NCBI GenBank assembly: GCA_041687695.1 | Contig: JAWLBL010000018.1 | Coordinates: forward strand, 96,001 to 160,000 | Source of the DNA: Myxococcota bacterium | GTDB taxonomy: Bacteria > Myxococcota_A > UBA9042 > PHBI01 > JAWLBL01 | Direction of reading: 5' to 3' | Length of the DNA stretch: 64,000 nt | Shown here: positions 48,810 through 57,820 of the stretch, piece after piece | Layout of the letters: each line of letters opens with the position of its first letter | Position numbering within the stretch: position 1 is the stretch's first letter | Program-made: the position numbers and the translations under genes | Notes under the pieces: model-generated | Seen by the model: the letters and a program-made list of their open reading frames with translations, nothing else | Databases searched by the model: none | What the model was told of the DNA's origin: nothing

Positions 48810-51800
48810 ATGCTGCAAGCCCTCATCACGTTCTCGCTGCGCCACCGGCTGGTGGTCATCGCCGGCAGCCTGCTGATGGCCGCCGCGGGGCTCTGGGCCT
48901 TTCGTCATCTCTCCTTCGACGCCTTCCCGGACACCACCCCGGTGCAGGTCCAAGTCAACACCACCGCGCCCGCGCTGGGGCCGCTCGAGGTCGAACGCCA
49001 GCTGACCTTCCCCATCGAGCAGTCGCTGGGCGGCCTCGAGGGGCTGCTCGAGGTGAGGTCGCTGTCGAAGTTCGGGCTGTCGCAGGTCACGGCGGTCTTC
49101 GAGGACGGCGCCGACATCTACCGCGCCCGCCAGCTGGTCACCGAGCGCCTCGCGACCGCGCGCCTGCCGCCCGGGGTCGAGCGGCCGGAGCTGGGCCCGG
49201 TGGCCACCGGGCTGGGCGAGGTCTTCCACTACCTGGTCACGAGCGACGAGCACTCGCTGGCCGAGCTGCGCACCCTGCACGACTGGGAGATCGCGCCGCA
49301 GCTGCGCGCCGTCACCGGCGTCGCCGAGGTCAACGCCTGGGGCGGGGACGAGCGCCAGGTCCACGTCCTGCTCGACCCGCGCGACCTGCAACAGCGCGAC
49401 CTGACCCTGGCCGACGTGGTGAGCGCCATCGAGCGCACCAACGCCAACGTCGGCGGCGGCGCCATCGACGCGGCCGGCGAGACGCGCCTGGTGCAGGGCA
49501 TCGGCCTGCTCGAGACCCCTCAGGACGTGGCCGACATCACCCTGACCACCCGCGCGGGCGTCCCCCTGCGGCTGGGCGATCTGGGCCGCGTGGTCGAGGG
49601 GCGCGAGCTGCGCCGCGGCGCCGTCACCGCCGACGGCCGGGGCGAGGTGGTCCTGGGCCTGGGCTTCATGCTGATGGGCCACAGCGGCGACGACGTCACC
49701 CGGCGCCTGGCCGCCCGCCTGGACGAGGTCCGCCGCACCCTGCCCGCCGGCGTGACCGTCGAGCCGGTCTACCAGCGCACCGATCTGGTCGACCGGGTGC
49801 TGAAGACCGTCCGCGACAACCTGCTCGAAGGCGCCGCCCTGGTCGTCGCCGTGCTCTTCGCCTTCATGGGCGATCTGCGCGCCGGCCTCATCGTCGCCTC
49901 GGCCATCCCGCTGTCGATGCTGTTCGCCTTCGATCTCATGAGCCGCGCCGGCCTCACCGGGACCCTGATGAGCCTGGGCGCCATCGACTTCGGGCTGGTG
50001 GTCGACAGCTCGGTCATCATGGTCGAGAACGCCTCGCACCGCCTGTCGGAAGCCCCGCCCGGCCGCTCGCGCCTGGACGTGGTCCGCGACGCCGCCCTCG
50101 AGGTCCGCCGCCCGACCCTCTTCGGCGAGCTGATCATCATGGTGGTCTACCTGCCGATCCTCCTGCTCGAGGGGGTCGAGGGGAAGCTCTTCCGGCCGAT
50201 GGCCCTGACCGTCATCTTCGCCCTGCTCGGCTCGATGATCCTGTCGGTGACCCTGATGCCGGCCCTCGCCAGCCTGCTGCTGCCGAAGAGACCCCCGCGC
50301 CGCACCGGACCGGGCCTGGTGATGCGCGGCCTGCTGGCCCTGTACCGTCCCCTGCTGCGCGCCGCCCTGCGCTACCGCGTGGCCCTGTTGGCCGGCGTCG
50401 TGGCGGCGCTGGCCGGCGGCGTCCACCTGGCCAGCCGCCTCGGCGCCGAGTTCGTCCCGCGCCTGGACGAGGGCGCCATCGCCATCAACACCGTCCGCCT
50501 GGCCGGCGTCTCGCTCGACGAGTCGGTCCGCTACGGCACGCAGATCGAGCGCGCCCTGCTCGAGCGCTTCCCCGACGAGATCGACCGCCTCTGGACCCGC
50601 ACCGGCACGGCCGAGGTCGCGACCGATCCGATGGGCCTCGAGGTGAGCGACGTCTTCGTCACCCTGACCCCGCGCGAGACCTGGAAGGCCGCCCGCACCC
50701 AGGACGAGCTGGTCGGGCACATGCAGGCGCTGGTCTCGACCCTGCCCGGCATGCGCGCCGTCTTCAGCCAGCCCATCGAGATGCGCCTGAACGAGATGGT
50801 CGCGGGCGTCCGCGCCGACCTGGGCGTCAAGGTCTTCGGGCCCGACTACGAGGTGCTCAAGAAGAAGGCGCGCGAGGTCGAGGCGGTCCTGAACACCCTG
50901 CCCGGCGCGGTCGACGTGACGACCGAGACCGTCACCGGCCAGCCGGTGCTGGAGATCCGCGTCGACCACCAGGCCGCCGCCCGCCACGGCGTCCCGCCCA
51001 GCGACATCCTGGCCACCATCGAGGCCATCGGCGGCACCGAGGTCGCGACCCTGTACGAGGGCCAGCGCACCTTCCCCATCGCCGTCCGCCTGGAAGAGCA
51101 CCTGCGCACCGACGACGAGGCCCTGGGCCGCGTCCTGGTCACCACCCCCGCCGGCGCCCAGGTGCCGCTGTCGGCGCTGACGACCCTGGAGACGGTCGAG
51201 CAGCCCGGCACCGTGCAGCGCGAGTGGGCCCGCCGCCGCGTCATCGTGCAGGCCAACGTCCGCGGCCGCGACCTGGCCGGCTTCGTCGCCGAGGCCCGCG
51301 CCGCCCTCCACCAGCAGGTCGCGCTCGCGCCCGGTTACGACCTGCAGTTCGGCGGCCAGTTCGCGCACTACGAGAGCGCCCGCCAGCGCCTGACGATCGT
51401 CGTCCCGCTGGCCCTGGCCCTCATCTTCCTCCTGCTCTACCTGACCTACGGCCGGGTCCTGGACGCCCTGCGCGTCTTCACCGGCGTGCCCACCGCCCTG
51501 CTGGGCGGCGTCGTCGCCCTGTGGCTGCGCGACATGCCGTTCTCCATCTCGGCCGGCGTCGGCTTCGTCGCCCTCACCGGCGTCTCGGTCCTGGGCGACA
51601 TGGTCCTGGCCTCGACCATCCGCCAGCGCCTGGACCAGGGCCTGCCCCTGCGCGAGGCCATCCTCGGCGGCGCCGAACGCCGCCTGCGCCCGGTCCTGAT
51701 GACCAGCCTCGTCGCCGGCCTGGGCTTCATCCCGATGGCCCTCAGCGTCGGCCCCGGCGCCGAGGTCCAGCGCCCCCTCGCCACCGTGGTCATCGGCGGC

Positions 51801-51920
51801 GTCCTCTCCTCGACCTGCCTGACCCTGCTGGTCCTGCCCGCCCTCTACAGCTTCGTCGGCCTCGGCCGCCGCCCTGCGCCCGCGGCCAGCCCCGACGAAG
51901 CCGCCACCGAGGCCGCCTGA
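48810..51920 (+). CDS. czcA: CzcA/CusA-family heavy-metal RND pump
   Basis: DAFPD, MSLGAIDFGLVVD, EGKLFRPMA, RLRPVLMT, GAEVQRPLATVVIGG. Confidence 0.95.
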   Translation: MLQALITFSLRHRLVVIAGSLLMAAAGLWAFRHLSFDAFPDTTPVQVQVNTTAPALGPLEVERQLTFPIEQSLGGLEGLLEVRSLSKFGLSQVTAVFEDGADIYRARQLVTERLATARLPPGVERPELGPVATGLGEVFHYLVTSDEHSLAELRTLHDWEIAPQLRAVTGVAEVNAWGGDERQVHVLLDPRDLQQRDLTLADVVSAIERTNANVGGGAIDAAGETRLVQGIGLLETPQDVADITLTTRAGVPLRLGDLGRVVEGRELRRGAVTADGRGEVVLGLGFMLMGHSGDDVTRRLAARLDEVRRTLPAGVTVEPVYQRTDLVDRVLKTVRDNLLEGAALVVAVLFAFMGDLRAGLIVASAIPLSMLFAFDLMSRAGLTGTLMSLGAIDFGLVVDSSVIMVENASHRLSEAPPGRSRLDVVRDAALEVRRPTLFGELIIMVVYLPILLLEGVEGKLFRPMALTVIFALLGSMILSVTLMPALASLLLPKRPPRRTGPGLVMRGLLALYRPLLRAALRYRVALLAGVVAALAGGVHLASRLGAEFVPRLDEGAIAINTVRLAGVSLDESVRYGTQIERALLERFPDEIDRLWTRTGTAEVATDPMGLEVSDVFVTLTPRETWKAARTQDELVGHMQALVSTLPGMRAVFSQPIEMRLNEMVAGVRADLGVKVFGPDYEVLKKKAREVEAVLNTLPGAVDVTTETVTGQPVLEIRVDHQAAARHGVPPSDILATIEAIGGTEVATLYEGQRTFPIAVRLEEHLRTDDEALGRVLVTTPAGAQVPLSALTTLETVEQPGTVQREWARRRVIVQANVRGRDLAGFVAEARAALHQQVALAPGYDLQFGGQFAHYESARQRLTIVVPLALALIFLLLYLTYGRVLDALRVFTGVPTALLGGVVALWLRDMPFSISAGVGFVALTGVSVLGDMVLASTIRQRLDQGLPLREAILGGAERRLRPVLMTSLVAGLGFIPMALSVGPGAEVQRPLATVVIGGVLSSTCLTLLVLPALYSFVGLGRRPAPAASPDEAATEAA

Positions 51921-52019
51921 TCAGCGTTTTGACGCCGCCCCCGCCCTGCGTCACTGTTTTTGCGCGACCGTCATCGTTTCGAACCGCACGGCCGCGCTCG
52001 TCATCGTCTCCGAGACGAC

Positions 52020-52259
52020 CACGCCCGCCTGCCCTGGCCCGAGGACCCGCTCGACCAGCTCGACGCGGTCCTGCAGCTCCTGCAAGCCTCGCCGGTCCCC
52101 TTCGACCTCGAAGGCGTCGCCTCGGCCTCCCACTTCGGGCAGCGCAAGCGCATCCAGGCCATCCTCGATCGCCTCGCCGAGCACCGCATCCTCCTGGCCG
52201 CCCCCAGTGCCGCTACCGAACGACGGCCGCCGCCTGAGTCTCAGGATCGGTTGTCATGA
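52020..52259 (+). pseudogene. Remnant resembling the C-terminal tail of MmeI-like (type IIL/IIG) restriction-modification enzymes
   Basis: LPWPEDPLDQLDAVLQLL...RKRIQAILDRL; no methyltransferase body upstream. Confidence 0.5.
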
Positions 52260-52321
52260 GGACCCATTCGAGATACAGCACCGTTCGTCAACACGACCTC
52301 ACGAGATGAAGCCCACTTCGA

Positions 52322-54505
52322 ATGGCCTCCGCTCCTCCACCTTCACGCGTTCGAAGCTCCGCATTACCCTCAGAGCATGACCTCGAGCGGACGTACCCTT
52401 TCGAGCTGGGACCCATGTTGAGAGTCGAAGACTCCAAGACCTGGCGCTCGGCGGCCCAAGAAGCCGCCTCCAAGCTCTCCGTAGATGCGCAACTTGCGCT
52501 CAGGCTCCCACACGGCGGTGAGCGATTCGCGGCCCAGGTCCTGGAACATTGCGCGGAGGCTGTTCACGTCGCGGTGCCTACGACCCCCGACCAGGTCGAG
52601 CGAATCGTCCTGGGACTGGGGGCCGCCTTGGGTTCCGATGCCCAGTTCCGCTTGGACGAGCAACTGCGGGACCCCTCCAATGAACTCCAACCGGCGCTCG
52701 ACTACCTCAGGGACCGCCTGGAGCAGCGACCGCTCGTGGTGGATGGTTGGGATGCCATTGGTCAGCTGGGTGCGGACCTCGAGCTACGGCTCGCGTTGGA
52801 TCCTCGTTGGCGAACGCTAAAGAACTGGCTGACGCATCAGCCTGGTTTGTTCCTCTCGCGCCACCGTGAGCGCCCCGACATCGGACATGCTGATCCCCCG
52901 CAGGGTTGTCCCATTTACTTGCGGAATGGCGTCGAGCGCCCAACGGACCTCTGGGATCGGTTCGCGCAGGACGCGTCACTGTACTCTCTTGGACTCACCG
53001 CCCTCGCCCTGGGCGCGGAAGAAGACGAGGTACTGGAGCGCGGTGGCGCGGCTGCGCTGACCAGCATGGTCGTGGCCCTTCTACCGCCTAACGTCCGCTG
53101 TGTACTCGAGCGGTTGAGCGCTCATGGGCGGCCGCTCGAGCGTCGCTTCCTCCCAGTAGAGATCCCAGATGGCGCCATCGAGGTCGGCGCCGACTTGGGT
53201 CTGTGGGTGAGAACCCCGACTGGTCTGGTCGTGGCCGAGCCCTGGCGTGATTGGATGTCGTCGGCGCAACCCGAGGACGTCCGCCGGAGCGTCCACCTCG
53301 AGTTGGCCGAAGCATTTCTGGCCGACTACGACTTGGACGATCCGACGGCGGGACGATGCGCACTCTCCATCCTCGAGGCGCATCGACATCTCGTCGCGGC
53401 CGGAGACCTCGTGCGTGCAGGTCAGCATGCTCGCTACGGTCTGGCACTCCTGACCCAGTACGCTCGGGAGCGTTCGTTGGCCCAGGACTTCGCCAACGCT
53501 GCGCAGCAATACGAACAAGTCCTGACGATCGCTCGGACCCGCTGCGTTCCGATGCCGAGACGCCTCAGCGCGTACGTGCGACACTACTTGCACTTCAATC
53601 GCGCGCGCGCGCGGTTGGAGGGACTTCGGGCGACGGAGGCCGGATATCATCAGTCCTTGGAGGACTGGCGCGACAATGCGCTCTTCTGGTCTCGATACGT
53701 GCGAAGCCTGTTCTATCAAGGCCGCAGCGGAGCCGCATTTCGAGCGCTCGAGGAGGCGAAGGAAGAGGTCCCGGAACATCCTCAGAAACGAACCGTGCTC
53801 ATCGCCCGCACGGCCAACGGATTGCTCGTACACGGCCGGGTCTTGGAGGCGCTACAGGTCTGGGGTGGTTACCAGTCGGACACGCCGTACGCACAAGAGA
53901 TCGAAGGACGCCTACAGCGGTCCTTGGATGTCGGCTTCGACACGATGAGGATCGAACTGGTCGACGATGCGTCGCTGATCCTGCATCGCTCGAGACGAGT
54001 GCAAATAGTTCGCCAACGCAATCGAACGTGGAGGGCCGAGGTGCGCGACCTCGAACTCTCCGGTCGGGGGCAAAGCCCGCTCGAGGCCTTGGAAGCGCTC
54101 GTCGTCGCGGCACGTGGCGAGATCTCGCACCTGATTCGCGCGTACACCTCCGACCTGAGCCCACAAGAACGGTTCCGAAAGCGGCTGTTGCTAGGGGCCG
54201 TCGACGTGCCCGCCAGCAGGCTGGGGGGGGCCGCCCCGCCGAGCTACTGGTTCGTCGGCAGCGTTTGTCGTGGCCCCGATGGGGGCCTCTGGATGCGCAC
54301 CGAGGGCGAGCGAGACCTCTGGTTCGAAATCCCGGCGGACAAGGCCCAGGGTCTCGTCGTCGACGCGCTACCGCGGCTCTTCGCAGTGAAGACGGACGAG
54401 TCGGGGGTGCCCGTCGGGCCGGTCACTGACATCGACGAACCGTTCCGCGGGACGGACGAAGACCTGTGGGACCGCTGGCGTCGGCGGATGGCGGATGGCG
54501 ACTAG
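52322..54505 (+). CDS. Degenerate STAND-NTPase-like/TPR protein with C-terminal HicB-like segment
   Basis: 727 aa; PLVVDGWD Walker-B-like, no Walker A; RRSVHLELAEAF..LEAHRHLVAAGDLVRA; helical repeats; WRAEVRDLELSGRGQSPLEALEAL. Confidence 0.65.
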   Translation: MASAPPPSRVRSSALPSEHDLERTYPFELGPMLRVEDSKTWRSAAQEAASKLSVDAQLALRLPHGGERFAAQVLEHCAEAVHVAVPTTPDQVERIVLGLGAALGSDAQFRLDEQLRDPSNELQPALDYLRDRLEQRPLVVDGWDAIGQLGADLELRLALDPRWRTLKNWLTHQPGLFLSRHRERPDIGHADPPQGCPIYLRNGVERPTDLWDRFAQDASLYSLGLTALALGAEEDEVLERGGAAALTSMVVALLPPNVRCVLERLSAHGRPLERRFLPVEIPDGAIEVGADLGLWVRTPTGLVVAEPWRDWMSSAQPEDVRRSVHLELAEAFLADYDLDDPTAGRCALSILEAHRHLVAAGDLVRAGQHARYGLALLTQYARERSLAQDFANAAQQYEQVLTIARTRCVPMPRRLSAYVRHYLHFNRARARLEGLRATEAGYHQSLEDWRDNALFWSRYVRSLFYQGRSGAAFRALEEAKEEVPEHPQKRTVLIARTANGLLVHGRVLEALQVWGGYQSDTPYAQEIEGRLQRSLDVGFDTMRIELVDDASLILHRSRRVQIVRQRNRTWRAEVRDLELSGRGQSPLEALEALVVAARGEISHLIRAYTSDLSPQERFRKRLLLGAVDVPASRLGGAAPPSYWFVGSVCRGPDGGLWMRTEGERDLWFEIPADKAQGLVVDALPRLFAVKTDESGVPVGPVTDIDEPFRGTDEDLWDRWRRRMADGD

Positions 54506-55577
54506 CTCGCAGCCGCTGCGGATCTTCTTCCTCGACGTGGGCCAGGGCGATTGCACCTTCATCGTCCCGCCGACTGACGAGGGAGCGCCCATCCTTTTCG
54601 ATTGCGCCGACCAGTACGTCGCGGAACGGTTCGTCGCCAACCACGGCATTACCGACCTCGCGGCCGTGGTCGTCTCGCATCTCGACATCGACCACGTCCG
54701 CGGCATGCTAGCGTTCCTGAAGAACCACTTCGCAGCTGGCCGGAGAGTTCGGCGGTTGGTGGTGGCGCTCGATCGCATACCCAATCCCGACGGCGACGTG
54801 AACCTACGCGCGTTCATGGCGGCAGCCCTCGACTGGGGGCGTACTCCCCCGCACGAAGGCTTCGTCCTCAAGGCGGCCCAGCGCGACGGCGACGGGCCCA
54901 TCCTCTTGGCCGGCGGCGGTAGCCCGGGCTCGGACTGGCGTGTAGAGCTAGTTCTGCCCATGTGGGACAATTTCCAGTCCAACTTGCTGGACGGAAGAGA
55001 AGCCACGAACTACTGCTCAGCAGTGCTTCGCGTCACCCGGGCCGGAAACAGCATCCTCATCGGCGGCGATGCTCCTCTGGGCTCGTGGGAACGGCTCGAG
55101 CCTCACTTGCGGCCGGCGCATGCCATCAGGGTGCCGCATCACGGAGGCAACATCCTGGAGCGCGGAAGGGATTGGCGTCGTTATGAAGACCTTTACGACG
55201 CCGTTCGAGCCGAATCGGCCGTGGTGTCGGTGGGGACCAACAACGCCCACCATCACCCACTAGCGGCGTATGTCACGGCGGCCCACCGAGGCCATTCCTG
55301 CCGTATGCTCTGCACCCAGCTCACGCCTCGCTGTCATGACGACCCTCTTGAGCTGCGGTCCGATGCGCTCGAATACGCCGGTCTGGTTGAGTATCCGTAC
55401 CGCCACCGGGCCGTCCCCGGGCATCCGAGCCGTCGCCCTCCGGGCGAGGTGCCCTGCGCAGGCACCGTGATGATCGCATTGAAACCCGACGGTTCGCTGG
55501 ATGTGGAGCCCGGCTCGGGTGGGCACCACGATCGGCTGATCGAGCAAGTGGACCACCCCCTTTGCCAGAGCTCATGA
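54495..55577 (+). CDS. MBL-fold metallo-hydrolase (ComEC/Rec2-like catalytic domain, stand-alone)
   Basis: FLDVGQGD, SHLDIDH, GGDA, VPHHG, SVGTNNAHHHP; 11-bp overlap with the upstream gene; no membrane domain. Confidence 0.9.
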   Translation: MATSSQPLRIFFLDVGQGDCTFIVPPTDEGAPILFDCADQYVAERFVANHGITDLAAVVVSHLDIDHVRGMLAFLKNHFAAGRRVRRLVVALDRIPNPDGDVNLRAFMAAALDWGRTPPHEGFVLKAAQRDGDGPILLAGGGSPGSDWRVELVLPMWDNFQSNLLDGREATNYCSAVLRVTRAGNSILIGGDAPLGSWERLEPHLRPAHAIRVPHHGGNILERGRDWRRYEDLYDAVRAESAVVSVGTNNAHHHPLAAYVTAAHRGHSCRMLCTQLTPRCHDDPLELRSDALEYAGLVEYPYRHRAVPGHPSRRPPGEVPCAGTVMIALKPDGSLDVEPGSGGHHDRLIEQVDHPLCQSS

Positions 55578-55843
55578 GCGCCAGGCCGTGAGCAGACAGC
55601 CTGACCTGGTCGATGTTGTTCCCCATCACGAAGCGCACCAACGGTGCCTCCGGCTGGAGCACGGAGGCGTGCTGGTCTGCGTCGTCGACGCGACTCGCTC
55701 GTCGCCCGTGGACTGGTCGACCGTGTGGAGGAGATGGTCGGCCGAACCAAGCGCGTCCGCTACGCGATCACTCCAGCCGGCGCCGAGCTTCTCGCAGGCG
55801 TAGCCGCGAAGTAGAGCGAACGACCTGAACGCCTGGGCCAGGC

Positions 55844-56125
55844 GGTAGGGCTCGACCCCCTCGGCGGGCGTCCGGGGGACGGTTCGAGAGGGGGTTCGAC
55901 CCCCTCGGCGGGGGTCCGGTCGACGGTTCGAGAGGGGGTTCGACCCCCTCCGCGGGGGTCCGGTCGACGCTTTGGGAGGGGGTTCGACCCCCTCGGCGGG
56001 GGTCCGGGAGACGGTTCGAGAGGGGGTTCGACCCCCTCGGCGGGGGTCGGGGGGACGGATCGAGAGGGGGGCGAGCGCGAAGAGAGGGGTCGGGTCGACG
56101 GTCGGGGGAGGGGTTCGACCCCCTC
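55844..56125. repeat. Tandem array of ~7 x 44-bp units, each with a GAGGGGG-TTCGA-CCCCCTC hairpin
   Basis: Unit starts at 55844, 55888, 55932, 55976, 56020, 56064 (degenerate) and 56108. Confidence 0.9.
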
Positions 56126-56167
56126 GCGCGCGCTGAGGGAGCGCACGGCGAGGGGGCCGGGCTGCGA

Positions 56168-57022
56168 TCAGGCCGGGGCCAGCTCGGGCGTGGTCGGGGC
56201 AGGAGCGGCGGTCGGGGCCGCGGCGTCGGGCGCCAGGTCTTCGTTGATCTCGACGCCGGTGGCCGGGTTGACGTCGCGCACCGGACGGCGGTTGCGCAGC
56301 GCCAGCCCGATGGCCTCGTTCTGTTCGGCGATGGGGGCCAGGTACTCGGCCCGCGCCTTGGCGTCGGCCGCGGATCGCGAGGAGAAGCGGCCAAGGACCT
56401 TGGCCACGATCTCGAGGAGGCGGTCTTGCCCCTCCTGGTCGGCGGCCTGGACGTTCACGTACTCGATGCCACGGGCCTTGCCGCGGTGCAGGATGTCGCC
56501 GAACTCGGTGTTCAGCCCGTCCAGGCGGTCGACGAAGTCACCGAGGCCGAGCAAGGCGATGGGATCCGCGTAGGGGCCGCCCTCGCGGCAGTCGCGCACG
56601 AGATCGGCCAGCTGGCGCTCCTGCTCGGGGTAGGGGAGGTGGATGATGCCGGTCGCGCCGTTGGGCAGGGCCTGCTTCAAGAACTCTGCCGCGGCCTGCC
56701 CCTTGGGCGTGTCCGGGAAGGTGCGGGCGATCTCGCCGGCGGTCCGTGACAAGCTGCCCAGGGTGGCGTCGATCTGCGGGTCCAGCTCGGCCAGGCGCGG
56801 GTCCGAAGCGCCCATCTTCTTCTGGACCTCCCAGCGGCGCTTCAGGTCGCGCGCGCCCTGCTCGTGGGCGATCGCGTCCTGGCACAGGGCCTTCAGCTCG
56901 GGCCACGGAGCGAGGGTCTCGGTCCCGTCGGCCAGCTTTGCCACGCGGCTGATCGCATGCTCGCGCCGGCCGCTCGTGAAACGATAGAGGCGCACGTAGT
57001 CGCCGAGGCTGCTCGTCGTCAT
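56168..57022 (-). CDS. Hypothetical all-helical protein (possibly DUF6261-like)
   Basis: 284 aa, GGAGGA RBS, Ala/Pro-rich tail, directly followed by the 44-bp array. Confidence 0.8.
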   Translation of the reverse strand: MTTSSLGDYVRLYRFTSGRREHAISRVAKLADGTETLAPWPELKALCQDAIAHEQGARDLKRRWEVQKKMGASDPRLAELDPQIDATLGSLSRTAGEIARTFPDTPKGQAAAEFLKQALPNGATGIIHLPYPEQERQLADLVRDCREGGPYADPIALLGLGDFVDRLDGLNTEFGDILHRGKARGIEYVNVQAADQEGQDRLLEIVAKVLGRFSSRSAADAKARAEYLAPIAEQNEAIGLALRNRRPVRDVNPATGVEINEDLAPDAAAPTAAPAPTTPELAPA

Positions 57023-57167
57023 GAGGGTCCTCCAGGTTGTCGAAAGGGAAGCCCTCGTTGGTTATCAGCCGTGGACGCGCTTGGCAACCCGAGCCCCGGT
57101 ACGTTCGTACCTCGTGGACGGAGGCGCCGAAGGCGCGCGTCGTGGCCCTCGGCGCCTCTCCGACCCA

Positions 57168-57509
57168 TCATTGCTGGTGCCCGCCCTTGCCGTCGTGCGC
57201 CGAGCAGTGGGCGCAGTCGGCGCAGTCGCCTCCTGCCTTGCAGTGGGGGCAGTCGGCGCAGTCGCCGGCCTTGCAGTCGGCGCAGTCCGCGCAATGGCCG
57301 GCCGCGCAGCCGTCGCAGCCGGTGTCCTGGGACGCGGCCGGCTGGGCTGCGGTGCTCGTGTGTATCTCGCCGGCGTGGCCGGCGCCAACGAACCTGCGAC
57401 GCTGCTCGGTGCCTGGGGTGCCGTTCCGCCGCCGCAGGCGGCTATGGACCGCGCAGGCCTTGCCTGCGCTGTGCGATCGCCGCGCCTGCTCTGCACCCGC
57501 GCGGTCCAC
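57168..57509 (-). CDS. Cys-rich metallothionein-like ORF (start uncertain, possibly disrupted)
   Basis: CDGC..HCADCADC..DCADCPHC..DCADCAHC, 11 Cys in about 45 aa. Confidence 0.5.
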   Translation of the reverse strand: MDRAGAEQARRSHSAGKACAVHSRLRRRNGTPGTEQRRRFVGAGHAGEIHTSTAAQPAASQDTGCDGCAAGHCADCADCKAGDCADCPHCKAGGDCADCAHCSAHDGKGGHQQ

Positions 57510-57674
57510 AGCGCCGGCGTGGCCGGCGCGAACGAACCTGCGCCCCTGCTCGGGGGCTGGGGTGCCGTTCGGCCGCCGCAGGCGGCTATGGACCGCGCAG
57601 GCTGTGCCTGCGCTGTGCGATCACCGCGTCTCCTCTGCACCCGCGCGGTCCACAGCGCCGGCGTGGCCGGCGCG
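57368..57674. repeat. Two-plus tandem copies of a 144-bp multi-hairpin (REP/BIME-like) element
   Basis: CGGCGTGGCC at 57371, 57515 and 57659; internal inverted repeats. Confidence 0.8.
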
Positions 57675-57820
57675 TGGCCGCCTACGGCGGCGGACGACAC
57701 AGTCCCGACATCGTGATGGCCTCGCTCCCGCCCCCACCCGGGCACGCGGCCGCGAGCGGCGGCGCCGGGGAGGGCGGGGCTTTGGATTCGGCCATCGGGC
57801 GCGGGTCACGTCGGGCGCGT

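Noticed and set aside
54495..55577. Competence channel ComEC
   Set aside because: Only the soluble MBL domain is present, with no transmembrane competence domain, and it lies in an atypical-composition island
55588..55830. Small ORFs after the MBL gene as a third system component
   Set aside because: Several overlapping ~70-aa candidates with no motif or clear RBS; cannot be supported
55844..56125. CRISPR array or tRNA cluster
   Set aside because: Inter-hairpin segments are near-identical rather than unique spacers, no cas genes are in the window, and GGTTCGA is not embedded in a cloverleaf
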